Notes under the pieces: generated by a model
Told to the model about the DNA's origin: nothing
Databases searched by the model: none
Seen by the model: only the letters and a program-made list of their open reading frames with translations
Assembly: GCA_963814385.1 (NCBI GenBank)
Contig: CAWFCX010000050.1
Location: 123,891 to 187,890, forward strand
DNA length: 64,000 bases
Direction: 5' to 3'
Source: an uncultured beta proteobacterium
GTDB taxonomy: Bacteria; Pseudomonadota; Gammaproteobacteria; Burkholderiales; Burkholderiaceae_C
Position numbers and translations under genes: made by a program
Part shown: positions 59,589 to 64,000 of the stretch, piece by piece
How the letters are laid out: every line of letters begins with the position of its first letter
Numbering within the stretch: position 1 is the stretch's first letter

Positions 59589-60601
59589 CGTTTGTCGTCC
59601 GCGCCATCGAAGCGCATCGGGTTTGAACTCGCGCCGCTGCGCAGCGCCCAGCGCCAATGCGCTTGGCGCTTGGCCCATTGCAGCCAGGCACGCCAGACGC
59701 CCACGCCCGGCCGGTCCACGGCGTCCCGCAAGTACGACGCGTGCAGCCCGACGAAGCCTTGCAGGCGCTCGCTGCACGTGTCGAGTGCGAGCGTCTCGCG
59801 CTGTGCGCGCTCGGCTTGCGTCAACTCCCACGCCACGGCCTGCAGGGCACGCGCGGCATCGGCGTCGACGCCGACAGGGACGGCGGCGCCCGTGGGCGAG
59901 CGCTCGAACAAGGTCGCGTAGACCACGAGCGACATGAAGTACGAACCGAGCGGCGTCAGGTGCACATCGTCGCGGAACAGCCGATCGAGCGCAGCGCGCG
60001 GGCTGGAGGCGCCCAAGCCTGCGATTCCACTGCCTTGCGTGGCCCGCTCCACCAGTGCGGCCAGTAGCGCGCCTGCGGGCAAGAAGGCGATTCGATCGCC
60101 TCGCTGCTCGGCAGCCAGCGACCGATTGATGCGCGTGACGACGCATTGCCACAGCGGCGACGCGGCGCGCTCGTGGGCGATCCAGCGCCGTGGGTCGTCG
60201 CGGTTGTCGAGATTCAGCCACGAGGTATAGAACCAGGTCTGGCCGCGCGCGTTGCCGTCGGTGAAACGGTCGTGCAGGCTTCGCAACTCGCGCACCGTGT
60301 CGTTCCACACCAGGTTGCCGATCAAGGTGTGTTGCTCGGTAACGATCAGCGCGTCGTACGGCCCGCCCTGCAAGGCCTGCGGCATCTGTCGGTTGCGGTC
60401 GCGGATCGAGCTGCCGCCGACGTGCTGCCGGTTCCACTGCAACGGCGCGCCCAGGCTCGCCGCGATACGGGCCACGTCTTGCGGCAGTGGCTCATCGAGC
60501 AGGCTGTGGCCCGAGTAGAACAGGCGCTGCGGCGGCAACGTCTGTGCAGGGGATGCCGTGACCATGCAAAGCGCAACGGCGGTGGTGGCGAGACGCTTCA
60601 T
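59585..60601 (-). CDS. secreted hypothetical protein, possibly SGNH/GDSL-like hydrolase
   Basis: ATG at 60601 (MKRLATTAVALCMVTASPAQ signal). FYSGHSLLD near the N-terminus and DDVHLT near the C-terminus resemble SGNH blocks I and V. Confidence 0.45.
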   Translation of the reverse strand: MKRLATTAVALCMVTASPAQTLPPQRLFYSGHSLLDEPLPQDVARIAASLGAPLQWNRQHVGGSSIRDRNRQMPQALQGGPYDALIVTEQHTLIGNLVWNDTVRELRSLHDRFTDGNARGQTWFYTSWLNLDNRDDPRRWIAHERAASPLWQCVVTRINRSLAAEQRGDRIAFLPAGALLAALVERATQGSGIAGLGASSPRAALDRLFRDDVHLTPLGSYFMSLVVYATLFERSPTGAAVPVGVDADAARALQAVAWELTQAERAQRETLALDTCSERLQGFVGLHASYLRDAVDRPGVGVWRAWLQWAKRQAHWRWALRSGASSNPMRFDGADDKR

Positions 60602-60660
60602 GAGTCGGGGAGTGGGGCTCCTACAATTCTCGGCCATCTTGTCATCAACCCAGGACTGCC

Positions 60661-61890
60661 ATGCCCGTCAATCTGACTGCTCCTCTGGCTGCTGACCTGC
60701 ACGCCGTGGCCGGCCTGCGCATCGGCACCGCGATGGCCGGCGTGCGCAAGGCCAACCGGCGCGACCTCGTGGTCTTCGTGCTCGATGAAGGCGCTGCTGC
60801 CGCGGGTGTGTTCACGCTGAATCGCTTCTGCGCCGCGCCGGTACAGATCTGCCGTGAGCATCTGCAAAAAAGCGGCGGTGTGCGCGCGATCGTCATCAAC
60901 ACCGGCAATGCCAATGCAGGCACCGGCGCGGACGGTCTGGCGCGCGCGCGCCAGACCTGCGATGCGCTGGCGCAGCACTTGAAGATCGCGCCTGAACAAG
61001 TGCTGCCGTTCTCCACCGGCGTCATCATGGAGACGCTGCCCGTTGACCGCGTTGTCGCCGGCCTGCCGGCAGCGCTGGCCGACTTGTCACCGACGCATTG
61101 GCTCGACGCCGCGCAGGGCATCATGACAACCGACACGCTGCCCAAGGCGGCTTCGCGGCAAGTGAGCATCGGTGGCAAGACGGTCACAGTGACTGGCATC
61201 GCCAAAGGTGCCGGCATGATCCGGCCGAACATGGCAACGATGCTCGGCTTCGTGGCGACCGACGCGGTGATCGAGCCGAGCCTCATGCAGATGCTGGTGC
61301 GCGAAGCGGCTGATCAGAGCTTCAACCGCATCACCATCGATGGCGACACCAGCACCAACGATTCCTTCGTGCTCATCGCCACGCAGCGCGCCGGCCATGC
61401 CCGCATCACGCAGCTCGAATCTCCCGAAGGCGCCCTGCTGCGTGAGGCGGTGTTCGGCGTCGCGCGCCAACTCGCGCAAGCCATCGTGCGCGACGGCGAA
61501 GGTGCCACCAAGTTCATCACCGTGCGTGTCGATGGCGGCCGCACGAAAGAAGAGTGCCGTCTCGCCGCCTATGCGATCGCGCACTCGCCTCTGGTGAAGA
61601 CAGCCTTCTTCGCCAGCGACCCGAACCTCGGCCGCATCCTGGCCGCGGTCGGCTACGCCGGTATCGGCGACCTCGACCAGGGCCTGATCGATTTGTTTCT
61701 CGACGACGTGCATGTTGTTGTCAAAGGTGGCCGCCACACGGCCTACCAGGAGGCCGATGGCCAACGCGTCATGAAGCAAAGCGAGATCACGATCCGCGTC
61801 GATCTGCACCGCGGCCCGGCGCATGCGACGGTCTGGACCTGTGACCTGTCGCACGACTACGTCACCATCAATGCGGACTATCGAAGTTAG
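60661..61890 (+). CDS. argJ: bifunctional glutamate N-acetyltransferase / amino-acid acetyltransferase
   Basis: 409 aa. Motifs NTGNANAGTG and [11 protein letters not shown] (autoproteolytic Thr). Confidence 0.95.
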   Translation: MPVNLTAPLAADLHAVAGLRIGTAMAGVRKANRRDLVVFVLDEGAAAAGVFTLNRFCAAPVQICREHLQKSGGVRAIVINTGNANAGTGADGLARARQTCDALAQHLKIAPEQVLPFSTGVIMETLPVDRVVAGLPAALADLSPTHWLDAAQGIMTTDTLPKAASRQVSIGGKTVTVTGIAKGAGMIRPNMATMLGFVATDAVIEPSLMQMLVREAADQSFNRITIDGDTSTNDSFVLIATQRAGHARITQLESPEGALLREAVFGVARQLAQAIVRDGEGATKFITVRVDGGRTKEECRLAAYAIAHSPLVKTAFFASDPNLGRILAAVGYAGIGDLDQGLIDLFLDDVHVVVKGGRHTAYQEADGQRVMKQSEITIRVDLHRGPAHATVWTCDLSHDYVTINADYRS

Positions 61891-62062
61891 GGGAAGCGAG
61901 GGCCTGTGCAGCGACGAGGGCCGCTGCTACAGTGACTTCTTTCCAGCGAGAACCCCATGACCACCACCCACGACATCCCGAACCCACGACGCTTGCGCGC
62001 CGCCGTGTTCGCGCGCGTTGCGGGTGCAGGCACCCGCTAGCCGTCTCGCTCCAGCATCCCGT

Positions 62063-62112
62063 CGGGCCTGCGCTGAGCGATCAGTGTCAGGCCCGAACTG
62101 TTTTGTCTTTCA
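62063..62112 (+). terminator. terminator- or attenuator-like hairpin in the argJ-MFS spacer
   Basis: CGGGCCTG-N17-CAGGCCCG followed by AACTGTTTTGTCTTTC. The large loop keeps confidence low. Confidence 0.3.
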
Positions 62113-62117
62113 CCATC

Positions 62118-63533
62118 ATGTTGTCACTTGTTTTGCCGTCACGTTGGTGGCCCGCCTTGCGCAGAGCGGTCGGGCAGCGCTTTGCGCTGCCTGCGAATGA
62201 CCTGCTGCGCGATGCCGCCTACCGCCGCCTGTGGACATCGATCCTGATCTCCTCGCTCGGTGGCCAGGTGACGATGCTCGCGCTGCCGCTCACGGCCGTG
62301 GTATTGCTTCAAGCCACGCCGACGCAGATGGGCTTGCTGGTGGCAATGGAGATCGCGCCTTTCGTGCTGCTGTCGCTGCCCTCGGGCGTGTGGCTGGACC
62401 GTGTGCGCAAACTGCCGGTGTACATCGCCGGTGAACTGACCTTGTCGTTCGTCGTCGCCAGCGTGCCGGCCGCCTACTACATGGGCTGGCTGACGATGCC
62501 GTGGATGTACGTCGCCGCCTTCGTGATGGGCTGTGTCTATTCCGTGGCCGGCTCAGCGGCGCAGATCGTCCTGACGCAGGTCGTCTCGCGCGATCGGCTG
62601 GTCGAAGCGCATGCGCGCAACGCGCTCGCGAGCTCCGGCGCCGAAGTCGCCGGGCCGGGCTTTGCCGGCGCGCTGATCAAGGCCGTCAGCGCACCGGTGG
62701 CGCTGCTGCTCGATGCCTTGATGCTGATCGTTTCGGTGTTGATTCTGCGCGGCGTGCGTGTGCAGGAGGAACTGACGCCCGCGAAGGAATCTCACTTCTG
62801 GCGCGATCTCAAAGCCGGCATCCGCTTCGTGCACGGCACGCCGCTGTTGATCACGATGGCCTGCACCGTGGGGCTGTGGCAGACCTGCCATCACGCCGCG
62901 ATCGTCGTGCAGATCCTGTTCGCCACGCGCACGCTGGGTTTGAGTGAGTCGCAGATCGGACTGTCCTTCGTCGGCCTCGGCGCCGGCACCGTGCTCGCCA
63001 GCACGATGGGCCACCGCATCTCGTCGCGCATCGGGCCAGGGCCGTGCCTGCTGCTCGGCTTTGGCGTGTGCGGCCTGGGCTGGTTGCTGCTTGCCGCGGC
63101 GCCCGCCAATGCGCTCGGGCGCGTGATGTTCGCGCTGATGCTGTTCCTGTTCGGCGTCGGCGCGGTGCTGATCTACATCAACTTTTTGTCGCTGCGGCAG
63201 TCGGTGACACCGGCGCCGCTGCTCGGCCGCATGACGAGCACGATGCGCTGGTTGATCCTGTTGCCCGCCGGGCCGGGCGCGCTCATCGGCGGCTGGCTCG
63301 GCGAGCATGTCAGCCTGCGTGCGTCGCTGCTGTTCGCCGGCGTCAGTGCACTGATCGTCACGCTAGCGGCCTGGCGTTGGACGATGCTGCGCGGCGTGCG
63401 CGAGTTGCCGAAGCCGGAGAGCGACGACGACGCGTTGGGCGCGGAAGCCGCCGTGTCGGCGCTGCCGATTGACGCGTCAGACGCCGAGCCTGCCAGCGTG
63501 CGGAGAGAGCCGATCGACCGCGTCGGTGATTAA
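62118..63533 (+). CDS. MFS transporter (EntS/MFS_3-like)
   Basis: ATG at 62118 inside ORF 61932..63533. About 12 TM segments. N-terminal YRRLWTSILISSLGGQVTMLALPL pattern. Confidence 0.8.
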   Translation: MLSLVLPSRWWPALRRAVGQRFALPANDLLRDAAYRRLWTSILISSLGGQVTMLALPLTAVVLLQATPTQMGLLVAMEIAPFVLLSLPSGVWLDRVRKLPVYIAGELTLSFVVASVPAAYYMGWLTMPWMYVAAFVMGCVYSVAGSAAQIVLTQVVSRDRLVEAHARNALASSGAEVAGPGFAGALIKAVSAPVALLLDALMLIVSVLILRGVRVQEELTPAKESHFWRDLKAGIRFVHGTPLLITMACTVGLWQTCHHAAIVVQILFATRTLGLSESQIGLSFVGLGAGTVLASTMGHRISSRIGPGPCLLLGFGVCGLGWLLLAAAPANALGRVMFALMLFLFGVGAVLIYINFLSLRQSVTPAPLLGRMTSTMRWLILLPAGPGALIGGWLGEHVSLRASLLFAGVSALIVTLAAWRWTMLRGVRELPKPESDDDALGAEAAVSALPIDASDAEPASVRREPIDRVGD

Positions 63534-64000
63534 CCCATCAAGCCCCATGCCGAGCAGAGCGCGCGCGCTTGATTCATCGTTGACCGTGTAGCACAGCGCC
63601 CACTGCTTCGCAGCATGCAGGCGCGCGACCATCTCGGCGCTGTAGAGCTTGTAGTTCGCCACCACTGCAACGCAGCCCAGGCGCTGGGCGAGATCGAACC
63701 AGCCGTCGTAGAGGCTGTCGATCAGCAGCGCACGCGGCAGGTGCGGCACCGCGGCGCGTGCGCCTTCGAGGGCGTCGGCCTGGAACGAACTCAGCAGCGG
63801 CGGCGTCGCGCGCCCCGCCCACAGGCGTTCGGCATGGCGTGCGACGACCTCGCCAGTGTGCCGGTCGGTGCCCGGCGTGGGCTTGATCTCGATGTTCAGC
63901 GCGTGGCCGCCGGCATGGCAGAACGCCGCGACGTCGTCGAGCGTCGGCAGTGGCTCGCCGGCATGCGCGCGGCTGTGCCAGGCGCCGGCATCGATACGCG
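63477..64000 (-). CDS. glycerophosphodiester phosphodiesterase family protein (N-terminus outside window)
   Basis: The reading frame is open to the window edge. Minus-strand translation contains GHALNIEIKP and ends ..GLDGLITDAVDRLSP... Confidence 0.8.
   Translation of the reverse strand, partial: RIDAGAWHSRAHAGEPLPTLDDVAAFCHAGGHALNIEIKPTPGTDRHTGEVVARHAERLWAGRATPPLLSSFQADALEGARAAVPHLPRALLIDSLYDGWFDLAQRLGCVAVVANYKLYSAEMVARLHAAKQWALCYTVNDESSARALLGMGLDGLITDAVDRLSPHAGRLGV

Noticed and set aside
61957-62040. 27-codon ORF MTTTHDIPNPRRLRAAVFARVAGAGTR in the argJ-MFS spacer, followed by a hairpin
   Set aside because: GC3 is high, but there is no SD, no second copy and no recognisable leader-peptide logic. 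The evidence is insufficient to call it a gene.
63477-63533. 57-nt overlap of the convergent 3' ends of the MFS transporter and the GDPD gene. Smaller overlaps occur at 4954-4963, 15354-15360 and 59585-59588.
   Set aside because: Stop-poor GC-rich sequence commonly extends C-terminal tails. Both tails are low-complexity and nothing indicates a functional antisense arrangement.

Overview
The window is a very GC-rich chromosomal segment with GC3-saturated codons. Gene content and order look like a Burkholderiales betaproteobacterium of the Comamonadaceae / Rubrivivax-Leptothrix type. That placement is inference only, and no searches were run. Most of the window is conserved housekeeping: hisC(partial)-hisBHAF, rsmD-coaD-ferredoxin, DUF4124-pth-rplY-prs-tRNA-Gln-ispE-lolB-TPR, mutM / dynamin-like GTPase / mutY, LonN-rapZ-recN-nadK, hrcA, dapD, cysK, mscL, petABC-sspAB, tRNA-Thr, dciA, M23 peptidase-secA and argJ. 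There are three tRNAs: Gln-UUG, a CAU tRNA that looks like Ile2, and Thr-UGU. I saw no rRNA, CRISPR array, integrase or transposase. Five things are not explained by ordinary core annotation. (1) The best candidate for an undescribed system is a compact minus-strand operon at 37.8-43.4 kb. It encodes a VIT-vWA protein with a PEP-CTERM tail, an exosortase, an EpsI-like protein, a GT51 transglycosylase-domain protein with an unrecognised N-terminal domain, and an OmpA-like lipoprotein. (2) A 296-bp MITE with 32-bp terminal inverted repeats sits exactly between two convergent stop codons (35987-36282). (3) A family of structured 80-115 nt GC-rich repeats has at least 5-6 copies. Copies supply stop codons, a C-terminal tail, an SD and two similar 25-27-codon upstream ORFs in front of hrcA and a DUF3567 gene. 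Two copies form an inverted pair bracketing tRNA-Thr + dciA. (4) Two other REP-type palindromes are present. (5) Two genes, rsmD and an Ala-rich protein, appear to continue in another reading frame at their 3' ends. All family calls come from motifs recognised by eye, start codons are often uncertain, and the long antisense ORFs in the track are GC-driven shadows.
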